Below, in pieces: positions 1 to 9,538 of a stretch of 31,746 bases of DNA. How positions within the stretch are numbered: position 1 is the stretch's first letter; each line of letters starts with the position of its first letter. The stretch spans positions 1 through 31,746 of the forward strand of contig JBJDXJ010000042.1 in NCBI GenBank assembly GCA_051866635.1. Direction: 5' to 3'. The notes beneath the pieces were generated by a model that made no database searches, was not told where the DNA came from, and was given only the letters and a program-made list of their open reading frames with translations. The position numbers were made by a program, and so were the translations under genes. Origin of the DNA: Clostridia bacterium. Lineage in GTDB: Bacteria; Bacillota; Clostridia; UMGS1883.

Positions 1-78
1 ACCAAAAATCTTATATCTAATTCAAAAAAACTTACACACTTTTCTTGACAAAGCCCACCCCCGTCTCTTGCCTTTTTT

Positions 79-255
79 TTACCGTCCTTTTATTTCAATA
101 TCCTTTGTCTCATCAATCTGTTCCTCAGGGTCAAAAATACTGTCCACATCCTCTTCCCAAATCTGGTCCTCAGGCATATCTGCCATTTCTGCATATTCGC
201 GGTCAATCATCATGGAAAAAAGCTTTTCCGCTCCGGAAAGTTTATTATCCTTCAT
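79..255 (-). CDS. small acidic hypothetical protein (58 aa; below ORF-track cutoff)
   Basis: Hand translation MKDNKLSGAEKLFSMMIDREYAEMADMPEDQIWEEDVDSIFDPEEQIDETKDIEIKGR*; SD-like AGAGGGG upstream of the ATG; same strand as neighbours. Confidence 0.65.
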   Translation of the reverse strand: MKDNKLSGAEKLFSMMIDREYAEMADMPEDQIWEEDVDSIFDPEEQIDETKDIEIKGR

Positions 256-329
256 AATCTATACCCCTCTTTATTTACTCCTATTATATGCATAAACAGT
301 ACTATTATCCCACCAAAAGCCTCTTAGAA

Positions 330-1040
330 TTATTCTCCCCCAAGGCGTTTAACGGCTCTTGGCAGTGCATCCTTTGCATTTCCCCAGGGTGCATCCTGAT
401 TTCTGTAATCGTATTTCTGTGTAAACCAATGTACATCTTCGTTTAATTCTTCAAGCCTTGAAGACTGCAAATTAAGTAACTCTCTCACAAATTCGTCCAA
501 TCTTTTTCCCGTCAATTCTTCCGCACTTGCCTTTATAACCATCTTAGTGTGAGGCAAACACAACCCCTTGCTTCTTCCGAATTTATCAGAAAACTCTTTT
601 TCCTTATCCCAAAGGTAAACAAGGTTTTCAGCCGCCGATTCAATCTCACGATTGAGCTTATCGCATACCGCACAACTGCACACCATCTTGTCAAGCTCGT
701 CCACTAACTTTTCAACGCTTTTCTTTGCACCACCTGAACCAAAGCCCGACACTTTAAAAAGCTTATTACGTTTCTTAAGTCTCCCTCTCACATCTTCCAA
801 ATGTGTGTCAAGCATCAACGCTAAAGACAGCCTGTTTCCTCTCTCATACAGTGCCGACAGATGTCTTGGACAGAAGCCACGATTATTTGTGATCATCCTG
901 CATTCAGGCTCCATCATCGAAGGTCCTAAAAAATAATCAATATTGTTATCCTCCATAGTCTTTGCAACAGCACACATAATACAGTCGCAATCCTGCTCTA
1001 AAGCTTCCGTAAGCGGAATAGAATAAATTCTCTCTTTCAT
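330..1040 (-). CDS. DUF6062-like protein with two CxxC...GxCxxH motifs
   Basis: 236 aa ORF; CIMC/GFCPRH and CAVC/GLCLPH; SD GAGGAG; upstream TTGAAA-17-TAGAAT promoter. Confidence 0.7.
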   Translation of the reverse strand: MKERIYSIPLTEALEQDCDCIMCAVAKTMEDNNIDYFLGPSMMEPECRMITNNRGFCPRHLSALYERGNRLSLALMLDTHLEDVRGRLKKRNKLFKVSGFGSGGAKKSVEKLVDELDKMVCSCAVCDKLNREIESAAENLVYLWDKEKEFSDKFGRSKGLCLPHTKMVIKASAEELTGKRLDEFVRELLNLQSSRLEELNEDVHWFTQKYDYRNQDAPWGNAKDALPRAVKRLGGE

Positions 1041-1131
1041 TTTTTCTCTCTCCTCAACAATTTCTATGAATTTATTCTATCACACCTACCATTCTTTTTC
1101 AACCTTAATTTTCCCCTTCACAAAAGCCTAT

Positions 1132-1833
1132 TCAGCTTATTCTCTCTCTTATCCTTGCAATAATTTTCTTTTCAAGCCTTGACACCTGCACCTGTCCCAT
1201 CTGTAAAACCTTTGCCGTCTGGCTCTGTGTCATCTCCTTAAAATACCTAAGCATAATAAGTTTTCTGTCTCTTTCCGGCAATGAATCAATTGCATTTTTC
1301 AAGTCCATTCTTTTTACCTTATCTTCCTCGCTCTCTTTTCCGCCAATAATATCCCCCAGCTTTACGCTTCTTTGTCCTTCCTCAAAAATTTCCCTTTCAA
1401 TTGATTCCGGCGGCGTTGTGGACTCCAATGCAAAAACTGCATCTTCATAGCTTATTCCTATTCTTTGTGCAATCTTTTCCAGCTCACATTCTCCCTCTTC
1501 TCTTCCTATTTTTCTTATCATTGCGGCATTTTCTTTCGCACTCCTTGGCACCTTTATTATGGAATCATCTCTTATAAACCGCCTTATCTCACCTAAAATC
1601 ATGGGGACCGCATAAGTCGAAAACTCCACTTCATAATCTAAATCAAACCTTTTCACAGCCTTAACAAGCCCCATTGCTCCCAACTGAAACAAGTCCTCGT
1701 CACTTACGCCTCTGCCAAAAAATCTTCTCACCGCACTTTTTATAAGTCCGGTGTTTTCTACTATAAGGCTTTCAAAGGCAGCTTCATCCCCATTTTGTGC
1801 TAAACGGATTAAATTTTTTATCTCATCTGTCAT
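1132..1833 (-). CDS. sigF: RNA polymerase sporulation sigma factor SigF
   Basis: DLFQLGAMGLVKAVKRFD, FSTYAVPMILGEIRRFIRDD, C-terminal HTH QVQVSRLEKK; third gene of the spoIIA operon. Confidence 0.93.
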   Translation of the reverse strand: MTDEIKNLIRLAQNGDEAAFESLIVENTGLIKSAVRRFFGRGVSDEDLFQLGAMGLVKAVKRFDLDYEVEFSTYAVPMILGEIRRFIRDDSIIKVPRSAKENAAMIRKIGREEGECELEKIAQRIGISYEDAVFALESTTPPESIEREIFEEGQRSVKLGDIIGGKESEEDKVKRMDLKNAIDSLPERDRKLIMLRYFKEMTQSQTAKVLQMGQVQVSRLEKKIIARIRERIS

Positions 1834-2257
1834 CTAAATGACTCCCTATTCTTTTTGTCATGGTCACCGTTGTTCCCCGGCCTACCTTTGACTCAATATG
1901 TAATGAATCCATAAAACTCTCCATAACCGTAAATCCCAGCCCGCTTCTTTCCTGTGCAGGCTTAGTTGTAAAAAGAGGTTCCCTTGCCCTTTCTATATTT
2001 TCAATACCGCAGCCTGTATCACGTACACTTATCATAAGCGTATTATCATAAGTAAAAATCTCTAAAAAAATACATCCCTCTTTCCCGTCATATCCGTGAA
2101 CAACAGCATTTGTTACCGCTTCACTCACAGCAACCTTAACATCCTCCACCTCATCTAACGTAGGGTTCAGCTTTGCTATAAACGATGCCGCAACCACCCT
2201 TGATATACTTACATTTTCTATTTTTGCATCAAACTCCATCTTTATATGGTTTGTCAT
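1823..2257 (-). CDS. spoIIAB: anti-sigma F factor (serine kinase)
   Basis: AVSEAVTNAVVHGY, DxGxGI, RSGLGFTVMESFMD GHKL motifs. Confidence 0.95.
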   Translation of the reverse strand: MTNHIKMEFDAKIENVSISRVVAASFIAKLNPTLDEVEDVKVAVSEAVTNAVVHGYDGKEGCIFLEIFTYDNTLMISVRDTGCGIENIERAREPLFTTKPAQERSGLGFTVMESFMDSLHIESKVGRGTTVTMTKRIGSHLDDR

Positions 2258-2601
2258 CTAACACCACGCCTTTCCTCTGTCGCACTTTTTTCATCAGTGT
2301 ACATTTTCACAATCTGTCCAAGCCCCGACAGCTCAATTATCCTCTTAACAGTCCTGTCAGCACCGAAAATCCTAACTTGTCCACCTAAAGCCTGTACCCT
2401 TTTGTATCTGCCTATTATCATTCCTATTCCCGAAGAGTCCATAAACCCCACTTCGCTTAAATCAAAAACCATATTTTTTGCCTTGCTTTCATCATATTCC
2501 ACGTCGATTTTCCGCCTCAAATCCTGTGCAGTCTCATCGTCGATTTCCCCTATTGCTTTTATTATCAGATTGTTGCCAATGTTTTTAAAACTCACTTTCA
2601 T
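2254..2601 (-). CDS. spoIIAA: anti-sigma F factor antagonist (STAS)
   Basis: GEID, FMDSSGIGMIIGRYK phospho-Ser motif; ATGA overlap with spoIIAB. Confidence 0.95.
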   Translation of the reverse strand: MKVSFKNIGNNLIIKAIGEIDDETAQDLRRKIDVEYDESKAKNMVFDLSEVGFMDSSGIGMIIGRYKRVQALGGQVRIFGADRTVKRIIELSGLGQIVKMYTDEKSATEERRGVR

Positions 2602-2619
2602 TTTATCAACTCCTTCTAT

Positions 2620-2677
2620 ACATTTTTCTTCCTGTATTTTCCATTTCCCTTTAACTTTTTTCCCAAAAATTCCGACA
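2620..2677 (-). promoter_or_regulatory. possible SigH/Spo0A-dependent spoIIA promoter region
   Basis: TGTCGGA (1 mismatch to the 0A box TGNCGAA) at 2671-2677 and AGGGAA...GAAAA SigH-like elements; expected regulation for spoIIA, but matches are loose. Confidence 0.35.
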
Positions 2678-2699
2678 AAAAAAGGGCTGTAGTCAGCCC
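2677..2699 (-). terminator. rho-independent terminator of the thiamine-precursor ABC operon
   Basis: GGGCTG-ACTA-CAGCCC followed by T7 on the minus strand. Confidence 0.8.
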
Positions 2700-2717
2700 G
2701 ATTTGAAAATCGTTTTG

Positions 2718-3425
2718 CTACAGCCTCTTAACCATTCTCAATATTTCATTTTTTAAATCAGTGTGATTATCATCCACTTCAAACTCTGCCTGTATTCTTC
2801 CCACATCTCCCCCCAGAATATAAATCCTGTCAGAAAGTATTATAGCCTCATCAATATCGTGAGTTATAAACAGTGTGGACAGAGCGTGCTTTTTCGCCGT
2901 TTCTTTAAACCATTTCTGCATTTCCCCTCGTGTTAAGGCATCAAGTGCCGAAAAAGGTTCATCCAGCATCATCACATCGCATTTTGTCATAAAAGTTCTT
3001 GCCAGTGCAACTCTTTGCCGCATACCTCCCGAAAGCTGTCCCGGGTACATAGTTTCACATTCCGAAAGGGAGAATTCTTCAAGTATTTCCCTTGCTTTTT
3101 GTATCCGTTCTTCTTTCTCTACCTTTTTCAATTCCAAAGGTATCATAATGTTTTTTATAACCGTTTTAAAAGGCAAGAGCAGATCGCTCTGTTGCATATA
3201 TCCAATCTTTCCGCTTTTTCCGGTCACGTCCTCACCGTGAAGATAAACATATCCCGAGTCGGGCTTTTCCAACCCCGAAGCAATGTTAAAAAGTGTAGTC
3301 TTACCTATTCCGCTTACCCCTAAAAGGCTCACCATTTCACCCTTTTTAACATACAGGGATATATCCTCAATTATTCTTCTATCTCCGTAACTTTTCGATA
3401 TATTTCTACATTCCAGAGCAACCAT
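2718..3425 (-). CDS. ABC transporter ATP-binding protein (ThiZ/TauB-like)
   Basis: Walker A GVSGIGKT, LSGGMRQR, MMLDEPFSALD, ITHD; start moved to MVALE, which has an SD. Confidence 0.9.
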   Translation of the reverse strand: MVALECRNISKSYGDRRIIEDISLYVKKGEMVSLLGVSGIGKTTLFNIASGLEKPDSGYVYLHGEDVTGKSGKIGYMQQSDLLLPFKTVIKNIMIPLELKKVEKEERIQKAREILEEFSLSECETMYPGQLSGGMRQRVALARTFMTKCDVMMLDEPFSALDALTRGEMQKWFKETAKKHALSTLFITHDIDEAIILSDRIYILGGDVGRIQAEFEVDDNHTDLKNEILRMVKRL

Positions 3426-3459
3426 ACTCTCACCTTTACCTTTGTGCTTAAAAGTCAAA

Positions 3460-4431
3460 TTACAGTATTTCTGTAACTCCTTTTCCTGTCAAATCCTTTT
3501 CAACAAGACCTTTTTCATAAAGCCAGGAATAAAACTTATTCCATCTTTCTAAATCAATATGTCCCCAATCTCCGTTTTCATCAACATACTTGTCAGCCAT
3601 AAATAAAGCACTTGCCCTTACAAGCTCTTCGTCCAAAGTGGGGTCAGCTTCCAAAAGTATATCTGCCGCTTCATTGGGATTTTCACTGCAATATTCATAG
3701 CCCTTCTTTGTAGCCTCTAAAAACTTCTTGGTAACTTCACTGTTTTCATCTGCATATTTCTGGCTTGTTATAATAACGGGTGTGTAATAATCCATTGTTT
3801 CATCCACAGTCTTGAAGTCGATGTAATTATAATCATATCCTTCAACCTGTGCTTTTACAACATCCCAGTATTCATACACCCAAACAGTATCAATCATATC
3901 TGTGTCAAGTGCTGTCAACACATCTGTAACGGTAGAATCAATCATTTCAAGATTTTCTATATTTCCGCCCTCTTTTTCCATGCAGTAGCCGATAATTGAC
4001 TGTTCAATGGGGCTACCCCATGTGGCATAACTCTTACCTTCCATGTTCTTAAAAGAATCAATGCCCTTATCCTTTTTTGAAATAATGCCTGATAAATTGT
4101 GCTGAGTTACAGCGGCTATTGCAACTACATCAATATCTTCGCACAAAGCAGGTGCCATAGAGTCCTGGAATCCTATACCGAACTCTGCCTTACCTGATGC
4201 AACAAGTGCCATTGCACCATCCTCGGGAGGCTGAACAATATTAACCTTCAATCCCACTTCTTCATAGTAGCCAAGCTTTTGTGCGGCATATAATCCCGAA
4301 TGGTTAGTATTAGGTGTCCAGTCAAGAACCAGCGTAACCTCTGTCAGATTGTTATCAACAGCCTTTTCACCGCATCCTACCAAAGAAAATATCATAACAA
4401 AACTTAAAACAAAACTTAAAATCTTTTTCAT
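3460..4431 (-). CDS. NMT1/THI5-family ABC substrate-binding lipoprotein (ThiY-like, HMP/thiamine precursor)
   Basis: LDWTPNTNHSGLYAA motif, lipobox LVGC, YYTPVI; start moved to MKKILS after SD GGAAAGGA; downstream of a TPP riboswitch. Confidence 0.88.
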   Translation of the reverse strand: MKKILSFVLSFVMIFSLVGCGEKAVDNNLTEVTLVLDWTPNTNHSGLYAAQKLGYYEEVGLKVNIVQPPEDGAMALVASGKAEFGIGFQDSMAPALCEDIDVVAIAAVTQHNLSGIISKKDKGIDSFKNMEGKSYATWGSPIEQSIIGYCMEKEGGNIENLEMIDSTVTDVLTALDTDMIDTVWVYEYWDVVKAQVEGYDYNYIDFKTVDETMDYYTPVIITSQKYADENSEVTKKFLEATKKGYEYCSENPNEAADILLEADPTLDEELVRASALFMADKYVDENGDWGHIDLERWNKFYSWLYEKGLVEKDLTGKGVTEIL

Positions 4432-4460
4432 CTTAAAAATCCTTTCCAAATATTTTTAGT

Positions 4461-5213
4461 TTACCTTTTATCATACTTTTTCCATACCATTGTCCTGTCC
4501 CGTATAATATCCACCAGCCTTATAAGCAAAAGACTTAATACGCTGATAACAATAATAACGGCAAACATCTTGTCAAAGCGGAAACTTTTCCTTACTCTTG
4601 TCATGTAAACACCCAATCCGCCTTCACCGCCAAGCCATTCAGAAATAACAGCACCTACAATACTGTAGGATACTGATATCCTGAGCCCTGCAAAAAAGCT
4701 GTCCAAGGCATAGGGTATTTTCACATCAAAAAGTATCTTTAAATAGCCGGCATCCATAGAACGGTACAGCCTTAACACATTTTTGTCTGCACATTCAAAG
4801 CCCGATACCAGTGCAACAAGTAGCGGAAAAAAGCAAGTTATAAATATAAGTATAACCTTAGGAGTCATGCCAAAGCCGAACCATAATACAAGTAGCGGTG
4901 CAATTGCAACTGTAGGTATCGTCTGACTTACAACGCAAATAGGGTAAAGCATGTTATGTATCATTTTAAAGCGGTCCATTAAAACTGCCATTACAAAACT
5001 GCCTGCCAATGCAAAAGCCATACCAATGCTTGCCTCACTAAGGGTTATCACAAGGTTACTTAATAGAATCTTCCAATCTCCAACCAGTGCCTGAATAACC
5101 TTTATCGGTGTAGGCAACATGAATTTAGGCACAATTTCCATCATGCCCACAATCTGCCACAGTATTAAAATTATTGCAATCAGAACCTTATCTGAAATAT
5201 TTATCTTCTTCAT
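4461..5213 (-). CDS. ABC transporter permease (ThiX-like)
   Basis: Multiple TM segments, QTIPTVAIAPLLVLWFGFG, GAVISEWLGG. Confidence 0.9.
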   Translation of the reverse strand: MKKINISDKVLIAIILILWQIVGMMEIVPKFMLPTPIKVIQALVGDWKILLSNLVITLSEASIGMAFALAGSFVMAVLMDRFKMIHNMLYPICVVSQTIPTVAIAPLLVLWFGFGMTPKVILIFITCFFPLLVALVSGFECADKNVLRLYRSMDAGYLKILFDVKIPYALDSFFAGLRISVSYSIVGAVISEWLGGEGGLGVYMTRVRKSFRFDKMFAVIIVISVLSLLLIRLVDIIRDRTMVWKKYDKR

Positions 5214-5253
5214 GCTTCTGCCTTCCTGCCTATTAAATTCTACCCTGTAGCTT

Positions 5254-5550
5254 TTATTTATTATACTTGTCCACCTTTTCGCCGATTGTCAGAACACCCT
5301 TAGGATTAAGGCTTATCTTCACATAACTGCTTACGCCCGGTGCACCTTCCTTAAGGCAAATTAATTGACATTCCTTAACAATATCCATCAGTTTGTCATA
5401 ATCGCCTTCAATTGTTGTTTCAAAAGGTCCCACAAAATAGTTAAGTCCTGTTGACGCAATGTACTCAATAACCTTGTCAACAATTCTTACAACCTCTTTT
5501 GTTTCTCCTACCTTTGGCAATACCTGTATTGCCACACTTGCTTCTACCAT
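5254..5550 (-). CDS. thiamine-binding protein (MTH1187/YkoF family)
   Basis: ASVAIQVLP, VGPFETTIEG motifs; first gene after the TPP riboswitch; start at MVEAS after SD AAAGGGGT. Confidence 0.85.
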   Translation of the reverse strand: MVEASVAIQVLPKVGETKEVVRIVDKVIEYIASTGLNYFVGPFETTIEGDYDKLMDIVKECQLICLKEGAPGVSSYVKISLNPKGVLTIGEKVDKYNK

Positions 5551-5603
5551 AAAAAATACCCCTTTCAATCAAACTTTGTCCCAAACAGAACTGTCCTTTT
5601 CAA

Positions 5604-5633
5604 ACAAAAAAGTGCAAACATAATGTTTGCACT
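5604..5633 (-). terminator. riboswitch-controlled intrinsic terminator
   Basis: AGTGCAAACA-TTA-TGTTTGCACT plus T-tract on the minus strand, between the aptamer and the first CDS. Confidence 0.85.
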
Positions 5634-5709
5634 CAAATATACTCATATAAATTCCCTACAGCATCTCGCCAACCGCTAAAAAAATTTCATTTGACGCCAT
5701 AAGAATTTT

Positions 5710-5801
5710 GTACATTTGCCTACGCAGACATTACTCTGATCAGGTCACAAGGGTTAGCATACGCCTCTCAGCTTAGATTTCTCTCAGCACCCCTAATGCA
5801 C
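5710..5801 (-). ncRNA. TPP riboswitch aptamer
   Basis: Minus strand GTGCATTAGGGGTGCT...GCTGAGAG...AACCCTT..GACCTGATCAGAGTAATGTCTGCGTAGGCAAATGTAC; P1 GUGCAUU/AAUGUAC; upstream of thiamine genes. Confidence 0.93.
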
Positions 5802-5806
5802 TTTTC

Positions 5807-5834
5807 ATTATATATCATTATTTTATTTTGTCAA
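5807..5834 (-). promoter_or_regulatory. sigma-A promoter of the thiamine operon
   Basis: TTGACA-16 nt-TATAAT immediately upstream of the aptamer. Confidence 0.85.
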
Positions 5835-5852
5835 CAGTTTTTTCCGTAAAAA

Positions 5853-7370
5853 CTACTTCCATAGCTTTTTGTCAAGACTTCTGTAACCTATTGCCTCTGC
5901 AATATCCATACTGTCAATCTTTTCCCGTCCGTCTAAATCTGCAATAGTTCTTGCCACTTTTAGGATTCTTGTATACACTCTTGCACTCATGTTCATAGTT
6001 TTAAAAGCCTGCTCCAAAAGGCGTTTTTCTTCTTCCCCTATAACGCAGTATTTTTCAACCAAATTGCCGTACAAATCCGCATTACATTTAACCTTTTCGT
6101 CTTTATATCTTTCTTCCTGAATAGCCCTTGCCTTTTCTACCCTCTCACGTATTTTTACGCTTGGTTCCCCTTTTGGCTTATTGAGGTCCTCATACTGAAC
6201 ACTTTTCGCCTCAAGTTGAATATCTATTCTGTCAATCATAGGTCCCGACACTTTACTAAGGTATCTTGTCACATCGCTTTCACTGCATCGGCATTTTCTG
6301 CTTCCGTCACCGTAATAACCGCATCTGCAAGGGTTCATAGCACAAACCAGCATTACATTTGAGGGATAAGTGTATGTTCCCACTGCCCTTGACACAGTTA
6401 CAACTCCATCCTCCACAGGCTGACGCATTGCTTCTATAACATCCTTCTTATATTCCGGAAGCTCGTCTAAAAACAATACACCTCTGTGTGCCAGGGAAAT
6501 CTCACCGGGCTTTGCTTTACTGCCTCCCCCAACTATGCTTACGCCGGATGCACTGTGATGGGGCGAACGGAAAGGTCTTTGTGTAACAGCCTTCCCTGAA
6601 GGCAGCACCCCTGCCACAGAATGAATTTTCGTAACCTCCAGCATTTCATCAAAGGTCATCTTGGGCATAATCGTAGGTATTCTTTTTGCAATCATGCTTT
6701 TACCTGAACCTGGGGAACCTACCATAAGCACATTATGTCCCCCTGCAACTGCAATTTCAATGCCACGCCTTAACTTTTCCTGACCCTTCACTTCTTCAAA
6801 GTCAACATCAAAATCGTAAACATCATCTGCAAATGATTGGGTAGGCGTAACTTCTATTTTTCTCTCTCCTGTAATATGTCGGTAAACATCAGCTAAAGTT
6901 TTAGCACCGTAAATTTCAACTCCGTCTACAAGTGCCGCTTCCTCCTTATTTTCAAAAGGCACCACAAACTTTGTTATTCCGCTGTCCTTGCCCCCGATAA
7001 CTGCAGGAAGTGCACCGCTTATTGGTCTTATTTCACCTGATAATCCCAATTCCCCCAGGAAAACAAAATCAGAAAAATTCCCCTTTAACTGACCCGTTCC
7101 TGCCAGAACGGAAATTGCAATAGGCAAATCAAACTGTGTTCCCTCTTTCTTTAAATCAGCAGGTGCAAGGTTAATCACAGCCTTTCTTGCCGGGAATTCA
7201 AAGCCTGAATTCCGAATTGCGGCCTTAACTCTTTCCTTTGCCTCTTTTACCGCAGTATCAGGCAGTCCCACTATATCAAAGGAGGGCAATCCTCCTGAAA
7301 AATCTGCCTCTGCAATAACTCTTTTTCCTTCAATACCAAGAAGTGTCGCCGTATTAACCTTAACAACCAT
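5853..7370 (-). CDS. comM: YifB/ComM family Mg-chelatase-like AAA+ ATPase
   Basis: IVGLPDTAVKEAKERV, GSPGSGKS, RPFRSPHH, LFLDELPE, NPCRCGY, KVARTIADL. Confidence 0.9.
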   Translation of the reverse strand: MVVKVNTATLLGIEGKRVIAEADFSGGLPSFDIVGLPDTAVKEAKERVKAAIRNSGFEFPARKAVINLAPADLKKEGTQFDLPIAISVLAGTGQLKGNFSDFVFLGELGLSGEIRPISGALPAVIGGKDSGITKFVVPFENKEEAALVDGVEIYGAKTLADVYRHITGERKIEVTPTQSFADDVYDFDVDFEEVKGQEKLRRGIEIAVAGGHNVLMVGSPGSGKSMIAKRIPTIMPKMTFDEMLEVTKIHSVAGVLPSGKAVTQRPFRSPHHSASGVSIVGGGSKAKPGEISLAHRGVLFLDELPEYKKDVIEAMRQPVEDGVVTVSRAVGTYTYPSNVMLVCAMNPCRCGYYGDGSRKCRCSESDVTRYLSKVSGPMIDRIDIQLEAKSVQYEDLNKPKGEPSVKIRERVEKARAIQEERYKDEKVKCNADLYGNLVEKYCVIGEEEKRLLEQAFKTMNMSARVYTRILKVARTIADLDGREKIDSMDIAEAIGYRSLDKKLWK

Positions 7371-7408
7371 ACCGATTCCCTTCCTTCTTTACAGGATGCA
7401 CTTTTTAA

Positions 7409-9343
7409 TCAATAACGTACCCAAACCGCCATCTCTCTGTTATCTTCTCTGTTACCCCAGAAAGCATAAGGCACGGCTTTAATTTCAATTTCTTCGTAAC
7501 CTGAGCTGAATGCCTTGTACAAATCATCTGTATCCCAAGCCTTTTTCTTAACAGCACTGCCGTAAATTGAAATACTTCCCGGGAAAAGCTCATCATCCTT
7601 TTCAATTCTGAACTTTGGATCATAATTAAGTTTAATGGAGCTGAGTCTGTCTCCGTTATCTGCCGATTCTAAACAATACACAACAGGTCCGCGGCAAATC
7701 GCAACCTTACCTGCATCTGCCCTAACTAAGGGATTAGCTTCAATCAGCTTAACCTCCATAGGCATAGTAACTTCAACCTTATCACCATCTGCCCAATCCC
7801 TTGTAATGTATGCATAACCCTTCTTTACTTCATAGGAGGTTTCTTCACCGTTTACCTTTATTTCAAACTTGTCAGCCCAGGAGGGTATTCTCACTGCAAA
7901 AGTGAAACTACCGCCGCTTAACACAAACTCACTCTTTCCTTCCCATGGCATAAGTGAATTCTGTTGAACATTTACCTTTTTATCTCCAACCTTTACTTCC
8001 GCATTACTTCCGATATAAAGATGTGTATACAAAGTATTATCATCAGAGGAATAAATATAATTACCTAAACTTGTTATCATTCTTGCAAGGTTTGGAGGAC
8101 AGCATGCACAGCCGAACCAACCGGGTCGTCTCACTCTGTTGTGACGGTATGTAGGCACCTTTTCGTTCTGTTCTTTCCATGTTTCCAATGGGTTTGTATA
8201 GAAGAAGTGTCTGCCGTCCAATGCCATACCGGAAATGGAACCGTTATAAAGTATTCTTTCCAAAACATCTGAATACTTGGAATTAACATCACACATAAGC
8301 ATCTTCTGAGCGAAAAATGCAAAGGAAATTGCCGCACATGTTTCCGTGTAGGAAAGGTCATTGGGAAGCTGATAATCAAAGCTGAATGCTTCACCGTGTA
8401 CCGTTGCACCAAAACCGCCTGTTACATACATCTGCTTCTTTGTTGCATTATCCCAAAGCCTTTCGCAAGCTTCAAAAAGGCTTTTGTCGTCAGTTTCTGC
8501 GGCAAGATGTGCCGCACCTGTGTATAAATAACCTGCTCTTACACTGTGACCCACCGCTTCTGTCTGTTCACGTAATGGTTTATGTGCCTGGCAGTAAACA
8601 AGGTTTGCCCTTTCTTCTCTGCCGCCCCACATATTTATAAAGTTACGCTTTTCCAGCTCCTGCTGGAAAAAGTTAGGCTCTGTTCCTCTTTCGTTTACTA
8701 AATATTCGCAAAAATCAAGATACTTCTTTTCACCTGTTGCCTTGTATACCCTGACAAGTGCCAATTCTATTTCAGGGTGTCCCGAATATCCGTGTAATTT
8801 TCCTTCTTCCTTTCCAACCCGAGATGCAATCAAGTCTAAAAACTTACAAATAATATCCAAAAGCTTTCTCTTTCCCGTTGACTCATAATATGCAACAGCC
8901 GCCTCTGCCATATGTCCCGCACAATACATTTCATGGCAGTCCTGAAGGTTAGTAAATTCCTTACCAACCTCTTGAAGCTGATAATATGTATCAAGGTAAC
9001 CGTCCTCACGCTGTGCCCGGCCTATAAGGTCAATCACTTCATCGGCGGTTTTCTCAAGCTCCTCATCAGGGTCAATTACAAGACGGTACGCCACAGCTTC
9101 AAGCCACTTTGCAACGTCAGTGTCCTGGAATACATATCCATTGAACTTTCCTTCCATTTCACCTGCTGCAATCTTAAAATTCTTTATAGCATGGCTTGGC
9201 TCCGTATCCGGAACATTGTCGTTAATGGCATCCCACTGGTAAGGGATAATCACATTTTTTGCAATATCCTCGTATTTTGACCAGAATATATCATTTACCT
9301 TAACGTTTTTTAATGCTGCAAATTCATTTGTTTTAACTGACAT
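7409..9343 (-). CDS. glycoside hydrolase family 127 (beta-L-arabinofuranosidase-like), cytoplasmic
   Basis: FQDTDVAKWLEA, HEMYCAGH, GHSVRA, GEAF, YTETCAA, CACCPPN (Zn/Cys catalytic motifs of HypBA1-type enzymes); no signal peptide. Confidence 0.92.
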   Translation of the reverse strand: MSVKTNEFAALKNVKVNDIFWSKYEDIAKNVIIPYQWDAINDNVPDTEPSHAIKNFKIAAGEMEGKFNGYVFQDTDVAKWLEAVAYRLVIDPDEELEKTADEVIDLIGRAQREDGYLDTYYQLQEVGKEFTNLQDCHEMYCAGHMAEAAVAYYESTGKRKLLDIICKFLDLIASRVGKEEGKLHGYSGHPEIELALVRVYKATGEKKYLDFCEYLVNERGTEPNFFQQELEKRNFINMWGGREERANLVYCQAHKPLREQTEAVGHSVRAGYLYTGAAHLAAETDDKSLFEACERLWDNATKKQMYVTGGFGATVHGEAFSFDYQLPNDLSYTETCAAISFAFFAQKMLMCDVNSKYSDVLERILYNGSISGMALDGRHFFYTNPLETWKEQNEKVPTYRHNRVRRPGWFGCACCPPNLARMITSLGNYIYSSDDNTLYTHLYIGSNAEVKVGDKKVNVQQNSLMPWEGKSEFVLSGGSFTFAVRIPSWADKFEIKVNGEETSYEVKKGYAYITRDWADGDKVEVTMPMEVKLIEANPLVRADAGKVAICRGPVVYCLESADNGDRLSSIKLNYDPKFRIEKDDELFPGSISIYGSAVKKKAWDTDDLYKAFSSGYEEIEIKAVPYAFWGNREDNREMAVWVRY

Positions 9344-9473
9344 AATTTTTATCCTTTCCCTACTCTAAAAATCTATTAGCAGTGTCAATTATCATCATAA
9401 ATCATTTATATAAAAAAAGCAACACAAAAAACGATTAAATATTCAATTTTCTAAACCTTAGTCCTCTTTAACA

Positions 9474-9502
9474 TTGACTATATCATAAAACACGAGTATA
9501 AT
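9474..9502 (+). promoter_or_regulatory. sigma-A promoter of rhaM
   Basis: TTGACT-17 nt-TATAAT. Confidence 0.75.
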
Positions 9503-9538
9503 TATCTTACAATACATATGTAAGAAAAGGTGACTGTT

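Noticed and set aside
45-295. Plus-strand ORFs 45..257 and 68..295
   Set aside because: Antisense shadows of the minus-strand acidic ORF; TTG starts without SD, Ser/Pro-biased composition
5645-5680. GCTGTAGGGAA resembling the 3' end of a second (tandem) TPP aptamer
   Set aside because: No CTGAGA or CCTGA core upstream; better explained as the 3' arm of the spacer hairpin
7405-7623. 72-aa minus-strand ORF overlapping the GH127 3' end
   Set aside because: Alternative frame inside a well-supported gene; no SD or recognisable motif
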